64,000 nt of DNA from NCBI GenBank assembly GCA_965218795.1, contig OZ244653.1, forward strand, positions 800,001 to 864,000, in the 5' to 3' direction. The notes beneath the pieces were generated by a model, which ran no database searches, had not been told where the DNA came from, and was given only the letters and a program-made list of their open reading frames with translations. Every line of letters begins with the position of its first letter. Position 1 is the first letter of the stretch. Source of the DNA: a bacterium (GTDB taxonomy: Bacteria > UBA8248 > JACPRG01 > G963555815). Positions 29,978 through 39,624 of this stretch are shown here, one piece after another. The translations under genes and the position numbers were made by a program.

Positions 29978-30763
29978 TTGATGGAACTCTTTAGTCTGTT
30001 CGGCGTCGAGAAACCCCTCATCGGTATGGTCCATCTTGGCCCCCTGCCGGGGAGCCCCCTGGATACGGGCGATTGGGAGGGGACCCTCGAAAACGCTGTT
30101 GCGGACGCCCGGGCTATCGCCAAGGGGGGCATGCATGGCTGCATCATCGAGAATTTCCACGACATGCCCTATTATCCTCATCGCGTCCCCCCGGCGACGG
30201 TCGCGGCGATGACAGAGGCCGGGCGGCGCATCCGGAAGGAAGTCGATCTTCCCATGGGGGTCAACGTACTGCGGAACGACGCCAGGGCCGCCCTCGCCGT
30301 CGCGTACGCCATAGACGCTCAATTCATCCGCATCAACATCTTTGTCGGGGCGCGCCTCACCGATCAGGGGCTCATCGAAGCCACGGCCTGGGAGGTTCAG
30401 CGAGACCGGAAGCGCTACATGCCCGGTTTGGCCATCTTCGCCGACGTCGGCGTGAAGCATTCCACCGCCCTCGGGGCTTCCAGTTTGGCGAACGAGGCTT
30501 CCGATGCCGCTTCCAGGGGGTTTGCCGACGCCCTCATCGTCTCCGGCGGCGAGACGGGCGAGAGCGCATCGGCCTCCGACCTCCGGCTCGTCCGGAATGC
30601 CGTCCCCTCGCTTCCCGTCCTGGTCGGCAGCGGCCTGACCCCTGAGAACGCCGCGGAAATGCTCTCTTCTTCGGATGGGGCGATTGTCGGAAGCGGTATC
30701 AAGGAAGAAGGGCGAGTGGAGAGGCCAGTGGATATCCAGAGAGTTCAAAAAATAATCAACTAA
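29978..30763 (+). CDS. BtpA/SgcQ family TIM-barrel protein
   Basis: IGMVHLGPLPGSP, IENFHDMP, GVNVLRND, ADVGVKH, DALIVSG, GSG, DGAIVGS. Confidence 0.93.
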   Translation: MMELFSLFGVEKPLIGMVHLGPLPGSPLDTGDWEGTLENAVADARAIAKGGMHGCIIENFHDMPYYPHRVPPATVAAMTEAGRRIRKEVDLPMGVNVLRNDARAALAVAYAIDAQFIRINIFVGARLTDQGLIEATAWEVQRDRKRYMPGLAIFADVGVKHSTALGASSLANEASDAASRGFADALIVSGGETGESASASDLRLVRNAVPSLPVLVGSGLTPENAAEMLSSSDGAIVGSGIKEEGRVERPVDIQRVQKIIN

Positions 30764-30838
30764 AAACTTAAGTATTTATATTTCAGTAAGTTATAATAAT
30801 ATCATTAACTTTAAAAATTAACTAAATCGATAACTTTT

Positions 30839-30866
30839 GGTTAACATAATATATCTTATCAAAAGT
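30839..30866 (-). other. dif: dif-like XerCD chromosome dimer resolution site
   Basis: Minus strand ACTTTTGATAA-GATATA-TTATGTTAACC (11-6-11). Right arm is 9/11 identical to the E. coli XerD arm TTATGTTAAAT; inner ATAA/TTAT palindrome; intergenic and AT-rich, at the point of gene convergence. Confidence 0.85.
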
Positions 30867-30942
30867 TTTAAAACCGCCAAATGGCAGAACATCTAGGAAT
30901 AGAAAACGGTTCTCGAACGTCCCGCTGATTTCGGCTAAAGGA

Positions 30943-31164
30943 TTAGGGGTTCCGATCGATCCAGTTTTGAGCGACGTATCGGGCCATCTCCGCGCACTCT
31001 TCTCTGGTCGAGAACGGTTGCTCGGAGTGAAAATCCTGCGTGAACATCTTCCGGCCCTCGAGGCGCATGATGCTCACTTCCCACTTGAAGACACCGGGTT
31101 GAGCGTCGTCGATGGTGATCTTGACTTGGTATTTGTCGTCAACGATGTACTTTTCTTCGGACAA
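30943..31164 (-). CDS. Small hypothetical protein (73 aa)
   Basis: Non-overlapping ORF with TTG start, AGGGAAG upstream and globular-looking composition; no family recognised. Confidence 0.6.
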   Translation of the reverse strand: MSEEKYIVDDKYQVKITIDDAQPGVFKWEVSIMRLEGRKMFTQDFHSEQPFSTREECAEMARYVAQNWIDRNP

Positions 31165-31276
31165 TTGACTTCCCTAACGAAACGAATACAGTGGAACCTT
31201 AAGATAAATCATGGCAATAAGAATATTGAAATTACGATTGGCTGGTGGGGATATTTTTCTGTTGGTTAGATGAAAC

Positions 31277-31948
31277 CTACTTTTTCGGCGATTCCTGAAT
31301 CCTTGCTCGCAGGGCCGGCGTCAAAAACGACGATTGGGGATACTTTCCGGCAAATTCCCGATACTTCTCGATCGCGGCCGCCTTGTCACCCTTCAATTCA
31401 TAACATTGGCCAATGGCGAGTAATGCCTGTTGCTTCGGGATATCGGCTTTTGACGAAAGCCTGCCAAAAGCGATTTGGGCTTCCTGACACTTTTTGAGGT
31501 CAACCAGAGAATAGCCCTGGCCGAGGATGGCCCCGGTCCGAACGGATTCCTGCGCGCTGGAATCAGCCGCGAGCACGCCGTAAGCCCCTGAAGCCTTATC
31601 CAGCTCGCCTTTCCGGTACAAGGTATGCCCCAGATACAGTCGGGCCAAGCGCGCGCCCTTCGTTCCGCCGTACACCCTCAATACCCGCTCGAACGGTTTC
31701 GAATCGGTCGGATTCTGCTCAAACCCGGCGATCGCCTCCGAGATCATGCCCGAGGCCGCGGCCTCGACGCCCGCTCGGTAAAATCGGTAAGCAAAAACCA
31801 GGACGATCACCACAAGCACGCAAGCGGCCGCCGTGGAGACCCACTTCCAGTTGGCTCGGACGTACTCTATCGTCCGGACCGACAAGGTGATGAACTCGTC
31901 GGGCTCCTTGAGTTGACGCCTGTCGATTTTTCCCTTGGCTCTGGCCAT
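31277..31948 (-). CDS. YfgM-like membrane-anchored TPR protein
   Basis: LKEPDEFI N-terminal motif, single TM helix, TPR-like helices (LARLYLG..., ALLAIGQCYE). Confidence 0.8.
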   Translation of the reverse strand: MARAKGKIDRRQLKEPDEFITLSVRTIEYVRANWKWVSTAAACVLVVIVLVFAYRFYRAGVEAAASGMISEAIAGFEQNPTDSKPFERVLRVYGGTKGARLARLYLGHTLYRKGELDKASGAYGVLAADSSAQESVRTGAILGQGYSLVDLKKCQEAQIAFGRLSSKADIPKQQALLAIGQCYELKGDKAAAIEKYREFAGKYPQSSFLTPALRARIQESPKK

Positions 31949-31959
31949 TTTTCCCTTGA

Positions 31960-32640
31960 TCAATCCGTCCAAACGGCCGCGGCTGCGCCGTCGGCCAGAG
32001 ATTTCATTTTCGAAAAAACCGCGTCCAGGCGATCCTCCGGGATTCCGGCTCCGAGGAGGACCGTTTGCGCCATTTTGTCGCCGATCAGGTCGCCGGGGTC
32101 GTGCGCGTCCGTATTGAGGACCAGCTCCGCGCCCAGGTCGAGCGCAAGCCGGGCAACGTGTCCGTTGGTGAGGCTGTGGCCCCTTCTGGCCGTGATCTCC
32201 AGTGCGATCCCCCTGTCCCGAGCCAGCTCGACTTCCTCCGGCGTGATAAGCCCTGGATGCGCCAGAAAGTCGATGGGCGCGTCCAGCGCCGCCCGGTTGG
32301 TCCCTGGCAGGACGGGTTCCACGGGGGTCTCGCCGTGTACGATCACGATGGCCGCCCCCAAGTCCCTCGCGCGTTGGGCCAGTCCCGGAATGGTTTCCGG
32401 CGGCGCGTGAGTAATCTCGGCGCCGGGGATCGGGTGGATTTCCATATGCGGCGCACAGGCGCGGCAGACCTCGACCAGTCGGGTGACGACCAAGTCCAGA
32501 TTGGAGGCGTCCACATGGTCCGTGACGGCCAGAGCCTCACTGCCCTTGTCCTCGGCCCTCCGCAACAGTTCCGAAGGGATCAGGGCCCCGTCACTGAGAA
32601 ACGAGTGGGTGTGAAGGTCAATCACGGTAAAGTTCGTCAT
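31960..32640 (-). CDS. PHP-domain phosphoesterase (histidinol-phosphatase-like)
   Basis: DLHTHS, TDH, GAEITH, VHGET, LAHP, NTDAH. Confidence 0.9.
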   Translation of the reverse strand: MTNFTVIDLHTHSFLSDGALIPSELLRRAEDKGSEALAVTDHVDASNLDLVVTRLVEVCRACAPHMEIHPIPGAEITHAPPETIPGLAQRARDLGAAIVIVHGETPVEPVLPGTNRAALDAPIDFLAHPGLITPEEVELARDRGIALEITARRGHSLTNGHVARLALDLGAELVLNTDAHDPGDLIGDKMAQTVLLGAGIPEDRLDAVFSKMKSLADGAAAAVWTD

Positions 32641-33140
32641 TCATCCGGTCAGCGGCCAGACCAGGATTATATAACACGCCGGCGCGGGGCCCGCATTCCC
32701 CCCTGCTCTTTTCCTTTCGCTCGCTCAGATCCGTGATGATCCGTGAGATGCGATCCGGAAAATGCGGTTTGTTCGAGCGCCTCGCCGGGAGACATCCGGT
32801 ACCTTTCTACACAATATGCTTGGGGGCAGTGCGTGGCCAGGATTTATGTCTACGAGTTCGAGAAACCCGGAACCCGGATCGAAAACGTCCGGGGACTCAT
32901 TCCCTGCAAAGATCGCCCGGAAGTCTCCCTTTGGGTCGATTTGACCTCTGGGAATGAAACGCTCCTTCGGAAACGCCACAACAGCATTCTCCAGGGCCAC
33001 TACGCGCGCGGCCTCCTTGCTCGAAACCTTCTCTGAAGAGATGGATTTGACAAGACGGGGGTCGGGGAAGTTCTGTTGTAGCTGCGGGGTTTCATCAAGC
33101 AGTCCTCGACCTTGCAGGGTTGCAGGATACAGCAACAGCG

Positions 33141-33177
33141 AAAAAAAGTGGACAGGGCCACCGGCCCAATCCACTTT
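33141..33177 (-). terminator. Intrinsic terminator after pnp
   Basis: Minus strand AAAGTGGA-TT-GGGCC-GGT-GGCCC-TG-TCCACTTT followed by TTTT, about 40 nt after the pnp stop. Confidence 0.8.
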
Positions 33178-33215
33178 CAAACCGCCTTTCGTTCGGGGGA
33201 CTCGCCCCCCCTGGC

Positions 33216-35309
33216 TTACTTACCGTCGGATGCGGCGCCCTGGAGGGCTTCCTTTCGGCTCAGTCGAATTCGACCCTGATTGTCGATTTCCAGGACCTTG
33301 ACCATGACTTCGTCGCCCTCTTTGACGATGTCCGTGACGGTTTTGACTCGAGTATGGTCGAGTTGGGAAATGTGCACCAATCCGTCGGTGCCGGGGAATA
33401 TCTCCACAAACGCGCCGAAGTCCATGATCTTTTTCACAATGCCTCGGTAGATCCTCCCGATTTCGGCTTCCTGGGTCAGGTCTTGAATCATGGCGATGGC
33501 CGCTTTGGCGGAGGGCTCATCGACCGACGCCACGTAGATCGTCCCGTCGTCTTCGATGTCGATGCTGACACCCGTCTTCTCGATGATGCCGCGCACCACC
33601 TTCCCGCCCGGTCCGATGACGTCGCGCACCTTGTCGGGGCGAATCTTGACCGTGAAGATCCGCGGCGCGTGGACGGAGAGATTAGGCCGAGGCCCGTCGA
33701 TGATGGTCGTCATTCGATCCAGGACGTGAAAACGGGCCTCTTTGGCCTGATTCAGCGCCGTTTTCATGATGTCCATCGACAGGCCGCCGATCTTGATGTC
33801 CATCTGAATGGCCGTGATACCATCCCGCGTTCCGGCAACCTTGAAGTCCATGTCACCGAGATGGTCTTCCAGCCCGAGGATATCAGTGAGGATATACGGG
33901 CGATCCCCTTCCATAATCAGGCCCATGGCGATGCCCGCCACCGGCGCCTTGATGGGGACGCCCGCGTCCATCAGGGACAGACTCCCTCCGCAAACCGACG
34001 CCATGGAGGACGAGCCGTTCGATTCCAGGATGTCGGACACAATGCGGACGGTGTAGGGAAAGTCCTCGTGGTCGGGCAGGATGGGGCGGACCGCCCGTTC
34101 CGCCAACGCGCCGTGCCCGATTTCCCTCCGGGCGGGCCCCCGAATGGGCTTCGTTTCCCCGGTGCAAAACGGCGGGAAGTTGTAATGGAGCATGAAGGTC
34201 TTGCGGTCCCGGGACTCCAGGTTGTCGAGCTGTTGCTCGTCATCGCCGGTCCCGAGAGTGGTGGCCACCAGGGCCTGGGTTTCCCCGCGCGTGAAGACGC
34301 ACGATCCATGAGCCCGGGGGAGGACCGAGACCCGGCCCGAAATGGGGCGGACGGTGGTCAAGTCCCGACCGTCGGCGCGAACGCTGTCTTCGATGATGGA
34401 CCGCCGGACCTCTTCGTACTCCAGGCTGTGGAACTCCTCGGCCACACGCTTGCGGAGATCGTCATCCTCCCCGCCGATGGCTGCCACCATCTCAGAGTGG
34501 ATTTCATCGATCGCTTCCTGACGCTTGTGTTTCTCCGGAATTTGGCTGGCTTCCTGCAGACGGTTCCCTACCCGGTCCCGGAGGTCCCGGGCGAGGGTTT
34601 CATCGGCTGGCGGGGACTCGAATGGCCGCTTGGGACGGCCCGCGGCGGCTTCCAGCTCCTTTTGGATCCGGACCGTTTCACGAATTACCCGGTGGCCTTC
34701 CTCAAAGGCCTTGACCATGAGTTCTTCGGAGAGCTGATTGGCTCCTCCTTCCACCATGACGATGGAATCCTCGCGGCCGGCCAGAACCAGGTTCAGCTCG
34801 CTGGATTTCAGTTCCTCATAGGTGGGATTGACTTTGAGCGCACCGTCGATATACCCCATCCGGACGGCCCCCACGGGACCGTCGAATGGGATATCGGAGA
34901 CGGTCAAAGCGGCGGAGGCTCCGATCAGCGCCAGGATATCCGGATCGTTTTCGCCGTCGTGCGACATGGTGCTGATCATGATCTGCGTGTCTTCGACGAA
35001 CTCGTCCGGAAACAGAGGACGCATGGGCCGGTCGATCAGGCGGCACGTGAGTGTCTCCTTCTCGCTCGGCCGGCCCTCGCGCTTGAAGAACCCGCCAGGA
35101 ATTTTCCCGCCGGCGTAGAACTTCTCGCGGTAGTCCACGGTGAGGGGAAAGAAGTCGAGCCCCGGCCGGATGCCGCCGGCCACGACCGTTGCCAAGATCA
35201 TGGTTTCCCCGTACCCCACGACAACGGCGCCATCGGCCTGCCTGGCCAGTTCGCCGGTTTCGATGGACAGCGTTTTGCCCCCAACGTCGCATTCAGTCTT
35301 GTGATGCAT
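33216..35309 (-). CDS. pnp: Polyribonucleotide nucleotidyltransferase
   Basis: [45 protein letters not shown] and S1 domains. Confidence 0.98.
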   Translation of the reverse strand: MHHKTECDVGGKTLSIETGELARQADGAVVVGYGETMILATVVAGGIRPGLDFFPLTVDYREKFYAGGKIPGGFFKREGRPSEKETLTCRLIDRPMRPLFPDEFVEDTQIMISTMSHDGENDPDILALIGASAALTVSDIPFDGPVGAVRMGYIDGALKVNPTYEELKSSELNLVLAGREDSIVMVEGGANQLSEELMVKAFEEGHRVIRETVRIQKELEAAAGRPKRPFESPPADETLARDLRDRVGNRLQEASQIPEKHKRQEAIDEIHSEMVAAIGGEDDDLRKRVAEEFHSLEYEEVRRSIIEDSVRADGRDLTTVRPISGRVSVLPRAHGSCVFTRGETQALVATTLGTGDDEQQLDNLESRDRKTFMLHYNFPPFCTGETKPIRGPARREIGHGALAERAVRPILPDHEDFPYTVRIVSDILESNGSSSMASVCGGSLSLMDAGVPIKAPVAGIAMGLIMEGDRPYILTDILGLEDHLGDMDFKVAGTRDGITAIQMDIKIGGLSMDIMKTALNQAKEARFHVLDRMTTIIDGPRPNLSVHAPRIFTVKIRPDKVRDVIGPGGKVVRGIIEKTGVSIDIEDDGTIYVASVDEPSAKAAIAMIQDLTQEAEIGRIYRGIVKKIMDFGAFVEIFPGTDGLVHISQLDHTRVKTVTDIVKEGDEVMVKVLEIDNQGRIRLSRKEALQGAASDGK

Positions 35310-35331
35310 TCAGTTGTTCCTCCGTTCCCGG

Positions 35332-35598
35332 CTACCGGCGGATATTCAGTTTCTGAATAATGGTTCGGTAGCGGTCGATGTCCTTTTCCTTGAGATAGTC
35401 CAACAATCTTCGCCGTTGCCCGACGAGCTTCAACAGGCCCCGGCGTGTGTTGAAATCCTTCTGATGGACCTTCATGTGCTCGGTCAGGTAGCCGATCCGG
35501 TTGGTCAATATTGCCACCTGCACCTCGGGCGAGCCCGTGTCAGAATCGTGATGACGATATTCCTGGATCAAACCCTGCTTTTCGTCTTTGGTTATCAT
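35332..35598 (-). CDS. rpsO: 30S ribosomal protein S15
   Basis: [31 protein letters not shown]. Confidence 0.98.
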   Translation of the reverse strand: MITKDEKQGLIQEYRHHDSDTGSPEVQVAILTNRIGYLTEHMKVHQKDFNTRRGLLKLVGQRRRLLDYLKEKDIDRYRTIIQKLNIRR

Positions 35599-35632
35599 GC
35601 TGCGAGTTCCTCAAATTTGTATCAGCGTGGAT

Positions 35633-36556
35633 CTAGTCCCGGTTCGCCGGGTGCACCTCGGCCACCTTTCGAACCTGCAGGCGCGGAGGTTCGCCCGACG
35701 TGATGCGGGCAATGGCCAGCAATTTCCCGAATCCGTCGGTCAGGCGCACGTGGGATCCGGGCGGTCCCTCCGGGACCCGGCGCACAAAGACGCCTTCCAG
35801 CACCCAAAGACCCCTGCGTAGCCCTCCGGAAGGAGTTCGAATGAGACTGACCTCCGGCAGAAAAGACAATCCCTCCTCAACGGGGAGCAGCATGTCCTCC
35901 AATCGGCCGCCGCAGATCGCCTCCTCGGCCTTCTCCAGAGGCTTGGCGTCCTCGACGCGAAACGCGCCCACCGCCTGGCGCGTCAGCTTCGACAAGTAAC
36001 CGCCCGTCCCCCAGGCCTCGCCGATATCATGGCATAGTGTACGGACATAAGTCCCACGCCCGCACTCTACCTCGAAGTCCACTTCTGGTCCATTGACGGA
36101 CACCAGGCGGATCCAATAGACCCGCCCCTTTTGAGGGGACCGTTCCACTTCGATACCCGCTCGTGCGAGTTCATAGAGCCTCTTGCCCTGGTGACGACGG
36201 GCCGAAAACATCGGTGGAATCTGTTCGATTTCCCCCTCGAACTTCGACAGGAGGGAGGCAAACGCCTCCGAACCCACCGGGGCGACGGGGCGCTCCTCGA
36301 TGACCTCGCCGTCCCGGTCCTGCGTGGACGTCTGTATGCCCAGGCGCACGGTGGCCCGATAGACCTTTCGGGACTCCAGGAGGTAATCAAAATACTTGGT
36401 CGCCGGGCCCAGGCAGATGGGCAGAACCCCCTCCGCCGCAGGGTCGAGCGTGCCGCCGTGTCCGACCCGCAGGCCGGGAAGGACTTTCCGGAGACGCGCC
36501 ACCACGTCGTGGGACGTCGGTCCCGGAACTTTATGGATGTTCAGGAACCCCTGCAC
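35633..36556 (-). CDS. truB: tRNA pseudouridine(55) synthase
   Basis: GHGGTLDP, QIPPMFSA, GKRLYELAR, CGRGTYVRTL; GTG start at 36556 assumed. Confidence 0.95.
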   Translation of the reverse strand: MQGFLNIHKVPGPTSHDVVARLRKVLPGLRVGHGGTLDPAAEGVLPICLGPATKYFDYLLESRKVYRATVRLGIQTSTQDRDGEVIEERPVAPVGSEAFASLLSKFEGEIEQIPPMFSARRHQGKRLYELARAGIEVERSPQKGRVYWIRLVSVNGPEVDFEVECGRGTYVRTLCHDIGEAWGTGGYLSKLTRQAVGAFRVEDAKPLEKAEEAICGGRLEDMLLPVEEGLSFLPEVSLIRTPSGGLRRGLWVLEGVFVRRVPEGPPGSHVRLTDGFGKLLAIARITSGEPPRLQVRKVAEVHPANRD

Positions 36557-36575
36557 GTTCCGGTGGCGACTGCGC

Positions 36576-36929
36576 TTAGACTTCGAGGTCTGCAAGAGCT
36601 GCATTGATTTTGGCGCCTCGTTCAATGGAATCATCCCGGTGAAACTGGAGTTCGGGGATCCTTTTCAGATGCAACCGACGCTTCAGTTGGGCCCGCAAAT
36701 AACCGGACGCGCTCTCCAGTCCCTGCAAGGTGCCGGATTGATCCGATTCGGTTCCGTAGATGCTGACATATACCCTGGCCAAGCCCAAATCAGGGCTGAC
36801 CTCGACCCCGGTCACCGACAAAAACCCGATACGGGGATCTTTGACACCTCTCAGGAACAGGTCGGCCAGTTCCCGCTGGATTTGATCGCCAACCCGGTCG
36901 GTCCGCTGATAAGGGTTTCGGTGGGACAT
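36576..36929 (-). CDS. rbfA: Ribosome-binding factor A
   Basis: VKDPRI, VSPDL..ARVY, IPELQFHRDDS. Confidence 0.95.
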   Translation of the reverse strand: MSHRNPYQRTDRVGDQIQRELADLFLRGVKDPRIGFLSVTGVEVSPDLGLARVYVSIYGTESDQSGTLQGLESASGYLRAQLKRRLHLKRIPELQFHRDDSIERGAKINAALADLEV

Positions 36930-37211
36930 TCAATAAAACCCGATCTCGGTGTCGACCACCTCGGCCACCCCCATGCCTTCTACGGCGGAGATCAGACGCT
37001 CTATGGTGCGGGACACATGCCCCTGGTCGTTGCTGACAGCGGAGAACCCGAGCACAGCCACCTGCCACTTGTCCTGACAGTCCACTTCAGCGATGGAGAC
37101 GTTGAAGCGGTTGCGAATCCGATCTTTGATGCTCCTGAGAACCCGCCGCTTTTCCTTGAGAGAGCCACACCCGTGTAATCTCAACTCGATCGTGCAGACA
37201 CCAACCCTCAT
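36930..37211 (-). CDS. DUF503 (YlxP) protein
   Basis: SLKEKRRV, FNVSIAEVD.QD; typical position between infB and rbfA. Confidence 0.9.
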   Translation of the reverse strand: MRVGVCTIELRLHGCGSLKEKRRVLRSIKDRIRNRFNVSIAEVDCQDKWQVAVLGFSAVSNDQGHVSRTIERLISAVEGMGVAEVVDTEIGFY

Positions 37212-37217
37212 CGCGAA

Positions 37218-39506
37218 TTATGTTGTCCGTTCCACTTCTTCCACGGCGTAAGGTTCAATCACGTCACCTTGCTTGACGTCCTGGAAGTTCTCGATTGCGA
37301 TGCCGCACTCATAACCATTCTGGACCTCGCCGACGTCATCCTTGAACCGCCTGAGTGACCCGATTCGTCCTTCGTAGACCACGATGTTGTCCCGGATCAC
37401 ACGGGCGAGACTGTTTCGCTGGACGACACCGTCAGTCACGTAACAACCCGCAACCGGGCCCACACGCGGGATTTGGAATATCTCCCGAACCTCAACACGC
37501 CCGCGCGTCACTTCCCGGGTGACAGGATCCAGCAGTCCGGTCATGGCCGACTGAATTTCTTTGATGGCATCGTAGATCACGTTGTAAAGACGGATCTCCA
37601 CTTCTTCTCGCTGGGCCGCCGTGACCGCCTGCGGGATGGGCCGCACATGAAAACCCACGATGACCGCGTTGGAAGCAGCGGCCAGCATGACATCGGATTC
37701 GGTAATCCCGCCGACCGAACTGTGGATGACGCGGATGCGCACCTCATCGCCGCTCAGCTTTCTCAGCGCTTCCACCAGCGCCTCGATGGACCCTTGGGCG
37801 TCGGCTTTCAGGACGATGGCCAGTTCCTTGATGGTCCCTTCCTTGACACTTTCGTACAGCTCCTCAAGCGTGACCCTGGCCGACTTGGCGCGCTCGTCCT
37901 GCCGCAGGCGCTGCATACGCTGTGATGCCACTTGGCGGGCCTTTCGCTCGTCTTCCAACACGACCATCGGATCACCCGCCTGAGGGACTCCCGAGATGCC
38001 CAGAACTTCAACAGGCATCGAGGGTCCTGCATCCTGAACCTTCCGTCCTTCGTCGTTGATTAAGGCCCGGACGCGTCCGTGATGCGGGCCAACCACGAAG
38101 GGATCCCCCGCTTTCAAGGTTCCCTTTTGAACGAGGACACGGGCCACCGGCCCCCGGCCCTTATCCAATTCCGCCTCCAGGACCACACACTTGGCCCTCC
38201 GGTTCGGGTTGGCCCGCAACTCCAGAATTTCGGCCTGAAGGAGGAGCATTTCGAGGAGGTCATTGATATTCAGACGTTGCTTGGCGGAGACTTCCACGAA
38301 AATCGTGTCTCCTCCCCAGGCTTCCGGGACCAGCCCCACCTCGGTCAGCTCGCGGCGGACCTTGTCGAGGTCGGCATTGGGAAGGTCGATCTTATTCACA
38401 GCCACCACGATCGGAACCTCGGCGGCCTTCGCATGGGCGATGGCCTCTCGGGTCTGCGGCATCACACCGTCGTCCGCCGCCACCAGCAGGATCACGATAT
38501 CGGTCACCTCAGCCCCCCGGGCGCGCATGGCGGTGAAAGCCTCATGTCCCGGCGTATCGAGGAAAACGATGGTCCCGTTCTCCAGGGTGACGTGATAGGC
38601 CCCAATGTGTTGGGTGATGCTGCCCGCCTCGGTCAGCGTGACATTGGTCTTCCGGATGGCGTCCAGCAGGGAAGTCTTCCCGTGGTCAACGTGACCCATG
38701 ACAGTCACGACCGGCGGCCGTGCGACCAGATCTTCAGGGCGTTCCTCTTCTTCCTCCTGCGCGGTCTCGGTGTCCCCTTCTTCCACGACCTCCGGGTCAA
38801 ACCCGTAATCGATGGAAATCATTATCGCCGTTTCGGAGTCTATGAGCGTGTTCACGTTGGACACCCGCCCCATTCCCATCAGCTTCAACAACAGGTTCGC
38901 GGTCGTCGTCTCCAGCAGCTCCGCGAGGTCCTTGACGGTGACGGTCTCTGGAAGCTCGACTTTCTTCGGCTCTCCGGGGGGCGCCTCCCCCTCCGCCTCT
39001 ACGGACTCTGTCTCGGCCTCAGTCGCCTCGGGCGTTTCTTCGGGTTCAACGGCTTCAGCAGGTTCTGGGATTTCGGGCTCCGCTTCGGCTACGGGTTCGG
39101 AGACCGCTGGTTCCTCTTCTTCATGCTCTTCCCCAGCCTGAAGTACGGGTTCTTCCGGTGCGGGCGTTGACTCTTCAGATTCTGCTATCGCAGATTCGGG
39201 CTCGGTCGGCGAGGGTTCGGGCTCGGGCTCGGCAGCGGCTTGGTCGGCTTGATCCTGAAGCGCACGTTCGAGCGCTTCCAACTCGTCGATGGCTTCGGGG
39301 GCCTCGGCTTCCTTAGCCTCTTTCCCCTTTGCCGAGGGGATAAGTCCGTCCTTTTTCAAGCCCTTCCGAATCTCTTCTGCCGTCTTTTCATCCACTGAGC
39401 TCATGTGGGTCTTGACGGCGAAACCGGCATCCTTGGCCCAGGAAGCGACTTCCTTGCTGGGTATCCCGAATTCCCTTGCCAGTTCGTAAATCTTCGTACC
39501 AGCCAT
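37218..39506 (-). CDS. infB: Translation initiation factor IF-2
   Basis: [40 protein letters not shown]. Confidence 0.98.
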   Translation of the reverse strand: MAGTKIYELAREFGIPSKEVASWAKDAGFAVKTHMSSVDEKTAEEIRKGLKKDGLIPSAKGKEAKEAEAPEAIDELEALERALQDQADQAAAEPEPEPSPTEPESAIAESEESTPAPEEPVLQAGEEHEEEEPAVSEPVAEAEPEIPEPAEAVEPEETPEATEAETESVEAEGEAPPGEPKKVELPETVTVKDLAELLETTTANLLLKLMGMGRVSNVNTLIDSETAIMISIDYGFDPEVVEEGDTETAQEEEEERPEDLVARPPVVTVMGHVDHGKTSLLDAIRKTNVTLTEAGSITQHIGAYHVTLENGTIVFLDTPGHEAFTAMRARGAEVTDIVILLVAADDGVMPQTREAIAHAKAAEVPIVVAVNKIDLPNADLDKVRRELTEVGLVPEAWGGDTIFVEVSAKQRLNINDLLEMLLLQAEILELRANPNRRAKCVVLEAELDKGRGPVARVLVQKGTLKAGDPFVVGPHHGRVRALINDEGRKVQDAGPSMPVEVLGISGVPQAGDPMVVLEDERKARQVASQRMQRLRQDERAKSARVTLEELYESVKEGTIKELAIVLKADAQGSIEALVEALRKLSGDEVRIRVIHSSVGGITESDVMLAAASNAVIVGFHVRPIPQAVTAAQREEVEIRLYNVIYDAIKEIQSAMTGLLDPVTREVTRGRVEVREIFQIPRVGPVAGCYVTDGVVQRNSLARVIRDNIVVYEGRIGSLRRFKDDVGEVQNGYECGIAIENFQDVKQGDVIEPYAVEEVERTT

Positions 39507-39624
39507 TCAACCTTCCACCTAAAACCGTTTTCAATCGTTTTACGAAAATTATATCATAGTGAACCCGATGCTCTTGAATTCGTAACCTATTGAAGTCAAT
39601 CGCCTTCGAGTTTTCAAACCTTCT

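Noticed and set aside
32725-33180. 97-151-aa ORFs and GATCCGTGA mini-repeats between the PHP gene and pnp
   Set aside because: No start signals or family match; repeats too short and few for CRISPR or VNTR. May be an unrecognisable gene remnant.
33120-35360. 746-aa plus-strand ORF (similar ones oppose infB, proS, mutS and the HD gene)
   Set aside because: Antisense shadows expected from GC-rich codon usage of well-supported minus-strand genes.
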